DNA from: a virus | Taxonomy: Duplodnaviria > Caudoviricetes | IMG/VR virus record: IMGVR_UViG_3300016265_000371 | Span: 1 to 37,319 of that record | Reading direction: 5' to 3' (one strand) | Length of the DNA stretch: 37,319 nt | Shown: positions 1 to 8,098 of the stretch, piece by piece | Numbering within the stretch: position 1 is the stretch's first letter | How the letters are laid out: each line of letters opens with the position of its first letter | Program-made: the position numbers and the translations under genes | Notes under the pieces: generated by a model | What the model saw: only the letters and a program-made list of their open reading frames with translations | What the model was told of the DNA's origin: nothing | Databases searched by the model: none

Positions 1-36
1 CGCCGCCCGGACTGGCACCCGTCCTACGGGACCCCA

Positions 37-258
37 ATGCCGCGCACCCTTGCGGAACGGACCGAAGCAATGCGGGACCGGCAAGGCATACCACACCCGC
101 GCCGCCTGTACGGCTGGGGTATCGCGTTCGGGTTCCTACTGATGTTCGCCGGGGTTCCCCTGGCAGACAACTATTTCGGGCTGGCTCTCATAGTGCAGGC
201 AGTCGGGGCGGCGTTCGTGGTCCCGAACGTGAAAGCTCTCGAACGGCGGCACAAATGA
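37..258 (+). CDS. Small membrane protein (2 TM)
   Basis: ORF with two hydrophobic stretches; ATGA overlap with next gene. Confidence 0.65.
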   Translation: MPRTLAERTEAMRDRQGIPHPRRLYGWGIAFGFLLMFAGVPLADNYFGLALIVQAVGAAFVVPNVKALERRHK

Positions 259-470
259 TCCGCAGGCAACGCCCACACACCCGCTACGTAATTGCGAAAG
301 TGGTGGGCGGGCGGGCCGTCGCATGGTTCCGTTACTCCCGCACCGAAGTGTGGGCATGGCGGAAAGAGAAGAAGCTAGGCACCCGGTTTCACAGTCGGGA
401 CGCTGCCACCCTGGCAGCCGAGAACAGCACAATGACCTACGCGCATGAGTGGAGGATCGACACCTACTGA
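255..470 (+). CDS. Hypothetical protein
   Basis: ATGA-coupled to upstream ORF, ends before a hairpin. Confidence 0.6.
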   Translation: MIRRQRPHTRYVIAKVVGGRAVAWFRYSRTEVWAWRKEKKLGTRFHSRDAATLAAENSTMTYAHEWRIDTY

Positions 471-491
471 CCATGTGATACTCTCCCCTGT

Positions 492-533
492 GAGGCCCCG
501 CCCCGGTTCCCCCTTCCCGGTGGCGGGGTTCTC
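492..533. terminator. GC-rich hairpin between convergent genes (probable terminator)
   Basis: GAGGCCCCGCC-CCGG...CCGG-T-GGCGGGGTTCTC inverted repeat between the + early genes and whiB (-). Confidence 0.55.
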
Positions 534-549
534 GCATGTATGGGGGCGG

Positions 550-819
550 TTACCGTAGGCGCAACGTCAACGGTTGGGCGGTGTGCGCGTCACGTTCTTT
601 CGGGGTCATACCGGCCCACATACCGTTCCGGCGGCCCGCCTCAGCCTCGAACGGCAGCACGAACGCGAGACAGTCAGCTTTGACGGTGCAACCCTCACAG
701 TAGGTGCGGGCCTGCCGCCAATGCCACGTTGAGGAATCCCCCTGTGGAATCTCCGGGAAGAACACCGAGATGTTCACCCCCCGGCAGGCTGCCCGATCAC
801 GCCACGCTTGGCTACTCAT
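550..819 (-). CDS. whiB: WhiB-family transcription factor
   Basis: W-x4-AAC, VFFP, C-x2-C-x5-C and GMWAGMTPKER motifs. Confidence 0.93.
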   Translation of the reverse strand: MSSQAWRDRAACRGVNISVFFPEIPQGDSSTWHWRQARTYCEGCTVKADCLAFVLPFEAEAGRRNGMWAGMTPKERDAHTAQPLTLRLR

Positions 820-1502
820 TTGGGGTTAGCATCGGAACGGCGTTCCGTTTCGAGCTGATCAAGGTACATGTCCATGAATGAGCGTGGCTCAGCATCGGGG
901 TGAGAATCGTAAGGTTGGAACACGCCAGGAACGAAAGCACCCGTCACTGTTGGGGACGGATCACCAGTACGTCCGATTCCGAGTCCTTGACGATTCATCG
1001 CATCCAGTTTTTCGGGGTCACGTAATGCGTTGCGGGTGTCAATGGGGGTGGCATCGGACGGCGGAGCTGGGGGTAGATTCCAGTTTGTTGATGTAGGGGT
1101 GCCTGTCGTTATTTGCATGATGGCTTCACCGATCCATTGTGCGACCGGACTGGCAACACCGTTGCCGCACATTTTGTAGCGGTTCGTGTCCGAGATGGGG
1201 CCGTTGGTTCCGATAGCAGTGTGATCATCGGGCCATCCCATGAGGCGTTCACATTCGATGGGTGTGAGGCGGCGGACCTGCATTGTTGGTTCCATGATGC
1301 AATCTCCTGAGTCAATACCGATACGCAACGCCCGGTACACATCTTCTGTTACGGACTGGTTATAGCCATCAAACGCTATGACGACTGTCGCCCTGGTTTC
1401 ATGAGCATTATCAAACACATTCAATGTTGGTGACACCCCCCCCACAATCCAAGTTTCATAGTCTTGGTCATTCTGTGCGCGGCGAGATTTCGTGAACCAC
1501 AA
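816..1502 (-). CDS. C5 DNA cytosine methyltransferase, C-terminal part (motifs IX-X)
   Basis: RRLTPIECERLMGWPDDHT and RYKMCGNGVA; same frame as the N-terminal part, separated by TGA at 1517-1515; start uncertain. Confidence 0.85.
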   Translation of the reverse strand: MWFTKSRRAQNDQDYETWIVGGVSPTLNVFDNAHETRATVVIAFDGYNQSVTEDVYRALRIGIDSGDCIMEPTMQVRRLTPIECERLMGWPDDHTAIGTNGPISDTNRYKMCGNGVASPVAQWIGEAIMQITTGTPTSTNWNLPPAPPSDATPIDTRNALRDPEKLDAMNRQGLGIGRTGDPSPTVTGAFVPGVFQPYDSHPDAEPRSFMDMYLDQLETERRSDANPK

Positions 1503-1514
1503 GTTTGTTCTCCA

Positions 1515-2531
1515 TCACGTACTGGTTCCCGACACCTTTATAGTCACGGGCTTGGAGTGGACCAACAATGTTTCTGACCCCCCCCCGAGGTCGCCACCGG
1601 ACGCTCGAAGTGTGCCAACACCATCCACGTACCCACCGATGCTCCCAGGGGTGAACGGTACGGCTATTGCCATCCCGTTGCCTTCTCGCCGCGTGGTTGG
1701 GGTGTGTATCTCGGATGGTTGTGCATCAATTCCTTGGGTGTGACTGAACACGATCGGAGACTGTTCAACAACCAAGTTGTATGCCTCGTCACCTGCTGGT
1801 CCACCGGCACCTTTGTGCCATTTCGATGTCACTGTTCCTCGGAGGACTCCATTGTCGTCGGTGTAACCGTGTTGGCTACCTGTTCCAGAGCTGTCTGCAA
1901 CCTCGGCGGCAAAGTCTTCCCGCGCCTGTTTGCCCTTCGCAGAATCCCCTCCGCCGCTTTCGCCGACAACAAGTATTTTGTCGGGACATCCTGCGGCGGT
2001 TGCAGAATCAAAGCAAGAGACGACGAACACACGTCTACGCCTCTGGGGGACTCCGAAGTATTGTGCATCCAGCACGGCCCACTCCGAGAAACACGCCCCT
2101 GCTTCATCCATTTCGTAGAGGACTTCCCCGAAGTCGGCACCTCCGTTGGACGATAAGGCTCCGACAACATTCTCCCAAACAGACCAGGTTGGATACCGTC
2201 CATTGCTCAACTCCCTTAGTTCTTTGATGATTCGAATACCTTCATGGAACAAACCGGATTGTTCACCGGACAGTCCTGCTCGTTTCCCTGCGAGCGACAG
2301 GTCCTGGCAGGGTGAACCCCACGCCACAAGGTCAACACCATCGGTGTGGTCCAAGATGTGCCGCCCGGTGAGGGTTGTGACATCATCCCATTTCGGGATG
2401 TCAGGCCAGTGATGATCAAGGACGGTGCGGGCGTGGCGGTCTATTTCGCATTGGAACACGGTGGTCATGCCCGCCGCTTCGAGTCCCATGTCAAACCCGC
2501 CCACCCCTGAGAACAGGCTGAGAACACGCAT
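1515..2531 (-). CDS. C5 DNA cytosine methyltransferase, N-terminal part (motifs I-VIII plus variable region)
   Basis: LSLFSGVGG, GSPCQDLS, WENV, VPQRRRRVF; ATG at 2531 overlaps the ssb stop (TGATG). Confidence 0.92.
   Translation of the reverse strand: MRVLSLFSGVGGFDMGLEAAGMTTVFQCEIDRHARTVLDHHWPDIPKWDDVTTLTGRHILDHTDGVDLVAWGSPCQDLSLAGKRAGLSGEQSGLFHEGIRIIKELRELSNGRYPTWSVWENVVGALSSNGGADFGEVLYEMDEAGACFSEWAVLDAQYFGVPQRRRRVFVVSCFDSATAAGCPDKILVVGESGGGDSAKGKQAREDFAAEVADSSGTGSQHGYTDDNGVLRGTVTSKWHKGAGGPAGDEAYNLVVEQSPIVFSHTQGIDAQPSEIHTPTTRREGNGMAIAVPFTPGSIGGYVDGVGTLRASGGDLGGGSETLLVHSKPVTIKVSGTST
1829..2203 (-). CDS. Alternative-frame methyltransferase beta-polypeptide (M.EcoHK31I beta-like)
   Basis: +1 frame ORF nested in the MTase gene with NTSESP...SLALIL...KYLLSAKAAEGILRRANRRGKTLP. 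Confidence 0.7.
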   Translation of the reverse strand: MDGIQPGLFGRMLSEPYRPTEVPTSGKSSTKWMKQGRVSRSGPCWMHNTSESPRGVDVCSSSLALILQPPQDVPTKYLLSAKAAEGILRRANRRGKTLPPRLQTALEQVANTVTPTTMESSEEQ

Positions 2532-2944
2532 CAGAACGGTTCTTCGTCCTCGAACGGGGATGCTGCCGGGATAGGTCTGCCGATGTTGCCGACCTGTGCC
2601 ATCACCTTCTCTGACTGGTCCTTCAGGTACACATCCCACCGCAGAGACGGGCCGCACTCATCCACGATGATTTTCGTGGTTTTTCCGGTGGTGCCGTCCT
2701 TCTTGGTGTACTCATCCTGTTCGTAACGGCCCGACACGATAGCGGTCGAACCTTTGCGGAGTGTCGCACAGATGTTTTCTGCGAGCTGACCGAACGCGAC
2801 ACAGTTGTGCCAGGTGGTTTTCTTCTTGTCGTCCTTGCCGTAGGTGTCCGCAATGGAGAACTCTGCGACGGCTTTCCCTGACTGTGTGAACCGGAGTTCG
2901 GGTTCCTTTCCGAGTTTGCCGGTGACGGTGATGTTATTGCTCAT
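2531..2944 (-). CDS. ssb: Single-stranded DNA-binding protein
   Basis: ITVTGKLGKEPELRFTQSG OB-fold start, GPSLRW, acidic EEPF tail. Confidence 0.95.
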   Translation of the reverse strand: MSNNITVTGKLGKEPELRFTQSGKAVAEFSIADTYGKDDKKKTTWHNCVAFGQLAENICATLRKGSTAIVSGRYEQDEYTKKDGTTGKTTKIIVDECGPSLRWDVYLKDQSEKVMAQVGNIGRPIPAASPFEDEEPF

Positions 2945-3092
2945 GGGTTTCCCCTTTTGTTGGTGCCGTTTCGGTCAACGGCAGGATTTGGTTTGATTTC
3001 TTAGCACAGCGGTGTGTCGGTGTGTGGGAGGGTGTGATGTAGAGCGTTACTGTGGTGTTGCATCGGTGGCAGGTCCAGATTTGTTTCGCCAT
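2934..3092 (-). CDS. Small putative Zn-binding protein (52 aa)
   Basis: MAKQIWTCHRC...PTHRC; purine-rich RBS upstream. Confidence 0.55.
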   Translation of the reverse strand: MAKQIWTCHRCNTTVTLYITPSHTPTHRCAKKSNQILPLTETAPTKGETHEQ

Positions 3093-3490
3093 TTTCTTTC
3101 CCTTCTGCATGTGCGACATTCTCGTGATCCGTTCGGGCGAGTATAGGTGTTGGGTGTGTCGTAGATGTGGCCTGCGGGGCAGCTGGTTTTGTTGAGGTTC
3201 CAGTGCCGTCCGCGTTGTATCACGTCTCGCATGTTGTCGGTTTGGGTTCCGCCTTCGAGATGGTTCGGGTTGACGCAGGTGCGGTTGTCGCATTTGTGGC
3301 GGACTACCGGGGGCCAGTCAAGGTGGGTGAGGTAGTGGGCTACGCGGTGTGCTGCACGGTGTTTGCCGAGGATGTAGAGCTGACCGTAGGAGTCGCCTCG
3401 GCGTGAGCCTTGCCATTCCCAGCATTGGTCGGGTGGGCCGATGTTGACGCGGGACCAGAACCGTTGGCTGGTGGTGTAGGTGATGTGCAT
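3047..3490 (-). CDS. HNH endonuclease
   Basis: CWEWQG, AHRVA, VRHKCDNRTCVNPNHL, DN, then CPAGH...CRTC. Confidence 0.9.
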   Translation of the reverse strand: MHITYTTSQRFWSRVNIGPPDQCWEWQGSRRGDSYGQLYILGKHRAAHRVAHYLTHLDWPPVVRHKCDNRTCVNPNHLEGGTQTDNMRDVIQRGRHWNLNKTSCPAGHIYDTPNTYTRPNGSRECRTCRRERKWRNKSGPATDATPQ

Positions 3491-3526
3491 GGTTGCCCCC
3501 AGGTTTTTCCCCCGCCTGTGGGAAAC

Positions 3527-4000
3527 TTAGCATCCGCGTTTCCAGCGTTGCACTTTGGGGTGGTTTGATCGGCAGATGTATGCCTGAAGGTGGGGGGATT
3601 TGCGGAGGCACCCCCAGCCCCACGGGCCGACTCTCCACACGTGTTCACCGGTGCGGGTGGTGTACCCGGAGAACGCGATTGCGTCTGCGACCCGGACCTG
3701 TTGGCGGGGGGTTAGCCCTTTGGCTGACTTGTATTTTGACCAGCGACGGAAGGTTTGGCGGTGGATGCCGAGGCCGCCTGTGTAGGAACGGGTGGAGTGG
3801 TTCCAGTTGCCGCCGGTTTCGCACTGCGCCAACGAATCGTAATACTTATCGGGGAGGATGGCACCGTATTTGCGCCTCGACAGGTCAAGGGTGGTGACCG
3901 TACCCTCGGACGGTTTGCTCGCCTCTACGGGGCTTACAGGCCCCAATGAGAGGATTGTGGTGGACAAGGACAAGGTGAGAACAGCAGCGGTTTTACGCAT
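3527..4000 (-). CDS. Secreted Rpf-like transglycosylase
   Basis: Signal-like N-terminus; YDSLAQCETGGNW...YTGGLGI...QQVRVA...WGC; RBS AAGGA before ATG 4000. Confidence 0.82.
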   Translation of the reverse strand: MRKTAAVLTLSLSTTILSLGPVSPVEASKPSEGTVTTLDLSRRKYGAILPDKYYDSLAQCETGGNWNHSTRSYTGGLGIHRQTFRRWSKYKSAKGLTPRQQVRVADAIAFSGYTTRTGEHVWRVGPWGWGCLRKSPHLQAYICRSNHPKVQRWKRGC

Positions 4001-4074
4001 GGGGTTCCTTTCGACGGGGGACAGGGCAAGATTCAGGCCATACAACTCCTAACTGTGAAACGAATCAGGAGAGT

Positions 4075-4578
4075 TTAGCCCCTCGCACGAACCGTGTCCG
4101 ACCACACCACCGGATCAGGCCACTCATCAAAACCAAACAACGCCTCCTGCGGCACCCACCACGTATCCGCAGACTTCATCACACCCAACAACGACCCATG
4201 CTCCTTATGGCACCAGCCAGCCAACAACACATGGCGTTCAACAACGATTGCAAGAATGTACGGCGCAGACTTGTCATCCGGGTGAATAAACAAATGCCCA
4301 TCCCGATGCTCCGTCGACCGAACCTGATAATGGGCCACATCACCAGGCAAATCCGCCAGACGCTGATTCGTCGCAGGCTGCCAATGCCTATCAAACGCTT
4401 TCGCTACCGCATACTCCGCAATCATCCCGATGATGTCAATCTGCCAATAGTTTTTCCGGTCACCAGCCCCGTACACCTGCGGACGGTTCCTCTTGATGGA
4501 CGCAATACGACGCTGACAACCAGCCATCGCCGCGTGAGCCAGTTCATACTCGTCCAGTTCAACCACAATCTGCATCAC
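4075..4578 (-). CDS. Hypothetical phage protein (possible nuclease fold)
   Basis: Coupled ORF; G-x2-AEYAVAK, D-x5-VRST pattern. Confidence 0.7.
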   Translation of the reverse strand: MMQIVVELDEYELAHAAMAGCQRRIASIKRNRPQVYGAGDRKNYWQIDIIGMIAEYAVAKAFDRHWQPATNQRLADLPGDVAHYQVRSTEHRDGHLFIHPDDKSAPYILAIVVERHVLLAGWCHKEHGSLLGVMKSADTWWVPQEALFGFDEWPDPVVWSDTVRARG

Positions 4579-4904
4579 GCCGTCATCCCTATCTCGAACC
4601 AGCTGTCACCGAACACTTCCCACGGGTGAACACCACGCTTACAGCAATGCCGATCCGCCACAAAAACATCAACACCTTTCTCACGCCACCTAGCGAACGT
4701 CTGTTGGGTGGACGCAGGCACCGGGGCCTCCATCTTCTCAATGAACCGAATCAACGGCTCCGCATTGATCAGGAACGATTCCTCAGGGTTCTTCCTCAGC
4801 TTCGTCCGATACTCGGCGTATGCGGCGCAACACTCATCGCATCTGCATTTGTGTTGACGGTAACGGTTGACCCCGTGCCGCCAGTTGTCAGGATTCCTCG
4901 GCAT
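4575..4904 (-). CDS. Hypothetical protein with HG...CRC-x2-C motif
   Basis: HGVNRYRQHKCRCDEC; coupled to neighbours. Confidence 0.7.
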   Translation of the reverse strand: MPRNPDNWRHGVNRYRQHKCRCDECCAAYAEYRTKLRKNPEESFLINAEPLIRFIEKMEAPVPASTQQTFARWREKGVDVFVADRHCCKRGVHPWEVFGDSWFEIGMTA

Positions 4905-5034
4905 CCTCGTTTTCCCCTTCTATACCGGGACACTCATGGTCCCATTGCCAGTCGCAGTAATCGCAGCGTTCGTCGTATCGGGCCGAACATCGGCACCGCG
5001 CCAACCCTGGATATTCACATTCACAGGTGTCCAT
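4888..5034 (-). CDS. Small Cys-rich protein (48 aa)
   Basis: ATG overlaps resolvase stop (TGATG); MDTCECEY...CDYC. Confidence 0.55.
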   Translation of the reverse strand: MDTCECEYPGLARCRCSARYDERCDYCDWQWDHECPGIEGENEDAEES

Positions 5035-5369
5035 CAGTACCCTGCCTCCTTCAACAGTTTGACCATCCACTCGAACGGCAGCACCGCATACCAGTCGGCA
5101 GGATCGGTGGTGCCACGTTTCTTGGCGACAACACAACCAGTGTCAGCTTTTGCGTTCACAGTTTCAGTTGCTAGTTCTTTCAGCCAGCCAGCCAAATCCA
5201 TCTTCGCATGGTTCTTCACCTCGAACACAACAGGCCCGCAACCGGTGATGTCACCTTTGTCGACTGTCCCGTGCAACGCTCTGCGTTCCGCATACGGGAA
5301 CCCGTTGTCTTGCAGGAACTTCACCACCGCAGTCTCAGCGGCAGTCCCCTTCTGTTTCGCCTTACTCAT
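5034..5369 (-). CDS. Holliday junction resolvase (PD-(D/E)XK)
   Basis: KQKGTAAE, ERRALHG, DKGDI, FEVKN motifs. Confidence 0.85.
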   Translation of the reverse strand: MSKAKQKGTAAETAVVKFLQDNGFPYAERRALHGTVDKGDITGCGPVVFEVKNHAKMDLAGWLKELATETVNAKADTGCVVAKKRGTTDPADWYAVLPFEWMVKLLKEAGY

Positions 5370-5517
5370 TTCTTTTGCCTTTTCGTCGCTCCCATTCTTC
5401 TGCCCGCTGATTACGAAAAACCTCATCAATCGCTGAATCCAAATAATTTTTTCGTTTGCGGAAATGTCTTTCAGTGCCGCGAATATTGGAAGGCGAACGG
5501 TGTTTCCTCTTACTCAT
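5362..5517 (-). CDS. Small basic AT-rich protein (51 aa, MSKRKHRSPS...)
   Basis: Read manually; ATGAGTAA start/stop overlaps at both ends. Confidence 0.6.
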   Translation of the reverse strand: MSKRKHRSPSNIRGTERHFRKRKNYLDSAIDEVFRNQRAEEWERRKGKRNE

Positions 5518-5707
5518 ACTTGCGGGCCAGTTCGTTCGCCAACCGGGTCACCTCAGCGGACAGTTCCCTGATTCGTTCCTCCAGCAACGCCACCTTCTCA
5601 GCCCACGTCGCAATGTCACGGGTCATACCCCACGTCAACTCGGTGGTGAACTGACGGTGCAACGCCTCGTTCAGTTTCTTCGCTTCGTCTTCCATCGCAC
5701 CCATCAA
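5510..5707 (-). CDS. Small coiled-coil protein
   Basis: Heptad-like LEERIRELSAEVTRL; coupled. Confidence 0.65.
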   Translation of the reverse strand: MMGAMEDEAKKLNEALHRQFTTELTWGMTRDIATWAEKVALLEERIRELSAEVTRLANELARKYE

Positions 5708-5895
5708 AAAGCCTCCGGCATGAACGCCTCGTTGTAGGCGTGGCGAATCAAATCACGAATCAACACAGACCGCTTGATTCCCAGCTTCACGCACAGTTCC
5801 TCAACCTGCCGAATCTGGGTGTCCGTCATACGGATACCCACAATCCTTGACGAAGCCTCAGAAGCGGTCGGGTCAACAGTTCTCTTGTTAGCCAT
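5704..5895 (-). CDS. Ribbon-helix-helix DNA-binding protein
   Basis: IVGIRMT beta strand, helix, GIKRSVLIRDLI. Confidence 0.7.
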   Translation of the reverse strand: MANKRTVDPTASEASSRIVGIRMTDTQIRQVEELCVKLGIKRSVLIRDLIRHAYNEAFMPEAF

Positions 5896-5896
5896 G

Positions 5897-6538
5897 TCAG
5901 CCCACCAGTTCCTTGAACGTGGCCCTCAACGCGGACAGATGCGCCTGCACCCACACCGCACCCGGCTCGATACCTGCCGCCTCTGCCACGCTGTCAGCGT
6001 CCAGCCCCTTTGCTTCACATGCCGCACGGAACTGTGCGACCTGCTCATCGGACAGTGGTGCTGTCGGCTTCGGGGTCTGCGACGGTGCCGCAGGCTTCGC
6101 TGCTGTCCCCGTCTGGCGCGGGGCAGGCTTCGCCGGGGTGTGATGATCCAGATCGTTCCATTCCTGCTTCGTCCACAACGACAAGCCGATACCGAAACGC
6201 ATCGCCCCGTTACGGAGAGCGTCACCGTACAGCACCTTGTCCAAATCCATGCTGTTCGCCTTCGCGGTGCCGATAGCAAGACGGGCCTGCCCGAGCAGGG
6301 TCATCTCGAACCACATCGTTGCCATGTCGTTCACGATGTTGACTGCCGGACGACCGTTCTCCCATGCGATAGGGACGAGCCGCCAGTGCGGGTCAATCTC
6401 GATCAGGATGCGGGTGATGTCGGCATGACCCACGAAATCGAGGGTTGCCCCACCTTTCGGCAGTTTCCCCACAATCTTCGGGTCCGGGACCGCATAGTCG
6501 TTCAGCACCTTTCGGAGCTGGCTGGTGTTCTCTGTCAT
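5897..6538 (-). CDS. Single-strand annealing protein (Rad52/Sak-like)
   Basis: LDFVGHADITRILIEIDPHW, DALRNGAMRFGIGLSLW; next to exonuclease. Confidence 0.8.
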   Translation of the reverse strand: MTENTSQLRKVLNDYAVPDPKIVGKLPKGGATLDFVGHADITRILIEIDPHWRLVPIAWENGRPAVNIVNDMATMWFEMTLLGQARLAIGTAKANSMDLDKVLYGDALRNGAMRFGIGLSLWTKQEWNDLDHHTPAKPAPRQTGTAAKPAAPSQTPKPTAPLSDEQVAQFRAACEAKGLDADSVAEAAGIEPGAVWVQAHLSALRATFKELVG

Positions 6539-7494
6539 TACTTGTCCCCTTTCAGAAGGAATGTACGTGTTGTTGTTTGTTTCGTGAACTGAAGTGCCAG
6601 TTCCGGGTGTGCTTCACGGAACGCTTTGCTGTCAAACGTTTCACGCACCTGGGTTTTCCATGTGGCAACCGTGTACCCGTTCATCACAGCCGTGTCGGAC
6701 TGGCCCATCAGTTCACAAATCTGTGCTTTCAAATCGTCCTCCAACTTCTTGTAGGAATCCAGTTCGCTGCGGACATGACGCAACTGGTCAAACAAATCCT
6801 TGTGGACAGGATCAATGTTACTCGTTGAGTTCAACGATTCCTTGTAGCGGGTCTGGACCGTCTCATACGACCAGCGCACCCCGGTCGGGGTGATACCCAA
6901 CTCGATGCTGTTCAACCAGTTCTCAACGGCGGCGACATGCTCATCCATCTCTGCCTCGGTGACGTGCTGGACATGGATGTGAAGAATCATGGACGGGTCG
7001 AACACGGCCCACAGGATTTGGTTCACATCGGCGCAGATGGCTTGCTGGATGCCTTGGATACGCCAATAGTCCGGCAGGCGGCCTTCCCATTTGCGGGTGG
7101 TGGTTTTGATTTCCAGCACCTTGCGGTTCCCGTCCTGTTCCCACAGACCGTCCAGGGTGGCGACCATACGCGCCCCGTTCGCAGAATCAGCGGCGAACAT
7201 TTCTTCGGGTGTGTCAAACACCAACCCGAGCTTGTCGGAAGCCCAGTCCAGAACAAACGGTTCGAGACGGTTGCCTCGTTCCATTGCTGGGTTCGGCGGG
7301 ATTGGGGACGGTGCGACATCCCCGAGCAGTTCGGCGGCGTACTTGTCCATCGGCACGAACGGATGCAGACCGTAGATAGCGGCGACAGCTGACGCGGAAA
7401 CCCGCTTGTTGCCGTGTTCGTCACGGAACCTGATGTTCAGCCATTCCTGCCCGCCGTGTTCCGGTTTCGGGATGCGGTAACGATTGAGTGTCAT
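6538..7494 (-). CDS. YqaJ/RecE-like exonuclease
   Basis: EWL-x2-R, SASAVAAI, MERGNRLEP, ATLDG, LEIKT, Q-x2-QQ. Confidence 0.9.
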   Translation of the reverse strand: MTLNRYRIPKPEHGGQEWLNIRFRDEHGNKRVSASAVAAIYGLHPFVPMDKYAAELLGDVAPSPIPPNPAMERGNRLEPFVLDWASDKLGLVFDTPEEMFAADSANGARMVATLDGLWEQDGNRKVLEIKTTTRKWEGRLPDYWRIQGIQQAICADVNQILWAVFDPSMILHIHVQHVTEAEMDEHVAAVENWLNSIELGITPTGVRWSYETVQTRYKESLNSTSNIDPVHKDLFDQLRHVRSELDSYKKLEDDLKAQICELMGQSDTAVMNGYTVATWKTQVRETFDSKAFREAHPELALQFTKQTTTRTFLLKGDK

Positions 7495-7519
7495 AACCCC
7501 TTCTTTCTTGTTGAACGGT

Positions 7520-7549
7520 AAGGTACAGGCTACGCAGAGGGTGTGTCAA
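7520..7549 (-). promoter_or_regulatory. SigA-type promoter for the recombination/DNA module
   Basis: TTGACA (7549-7544), 18 nt spacer, TACCTT (7525-7520) upstream of the exonuclease RBS. Confidence 0.6.
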
Positions 7550-7826
7550 GGTCTGACACGATTTTTTCTGTGGGAATCACCGTCATGTTCCGGACCATCC
7601 CGACCGGGACATGGAACCCGTGGATGCCCTCACCGTCGGTGATGGTTTGCCACACCGACACATGATCCTTTTTGCCGCCCGGTGCGTCAGCTGGCACCAG
7701 ATAGCCGATGGTGGTGACGATGCACTCGCCGTCATCTTCATAGTCTTCGAGGGTGAGCCACCCGCCAGACGAGGCGTGAGCGTCAGCCCATTTCAGGATG
7801 ACAACAGGGAAGTCACTCGCTTCCAT
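7530..7826 (-). CDS. Hypothetical phage protein
   Basis: VILKWADAH...W...TIGYL pattern; ATG 7826 with RBS. Confidence 0.7.
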   Translation of the reverse strand: MEASDFPVVILKWADAHASSGGWLTLEDYEDDGECIVTTIGYLVPADAPGGKKDHVSVWQTITDGEGIHGFHVPVGMVRNMTVIPTEKIVSDLDTPSA

Positions 7827-7923
7827 CGGGGTCCCCTTTCGTTCCGCACACGGCACAGTACCGTGACTCTTTTTCGGGCCATGAGTTACCGCAGTCGGGG
7901 CAGGTCAACCAGTTGTGATCCAT
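7813..7923 (-). CDS. Micro zinc-ribbon protein (36 aa)
   Basis: Read manually: MDHNWLTCPDCGNSWPEKESRYCAVCG; preceded by TGCTAGGGT. Confidence 0.6.
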   Translation of the reverse strand: MDHNWLTCPDCGNSWPEKESRYCAVCGTKGDPDGSE

Positions 7924-7947
7924 GCAGGGAACCCTAGCAACAGGGTG

Positions 7948-8082
7948 TCACGCCCTTTGTTTTCCCTTATTCAGCAAGGCTGCGAGGCGTTCCACCGCCC
8001 GAATGAACTGGTCCTGGTCGTTCGGCAGAACCGGGGTTTTCATCAGGTATTTCAGAAGCAGTTCAACATCTTGACGGGTCAT
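7948..8082 (-). CDS. Small hypothetical protein
   Basis: MTRQDVELLLKYL amphipathic helices; start uncertain. Confidence 0.55.
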   Translation of the reverse strand: MTRQDVELLLKYLMKTPVLPNDQDQFIRAVERLAALLNKGKQRA

Positions 8083-8098
8083 AGGACTCGTCAGATTA

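Noticed and set aside
1515-1517. Genome-wide TGA recoding or selenocysteine
   Set aside because: TGA is used as a normal coupled stop in many other genes, and I saw no convincing SECIS
2532-2657. N-terminal extension of the methyltransferase ORF
   Set aside because: Overlaps ssb; motif I starts right after ATG 2531, which is coupled to the ssb stop
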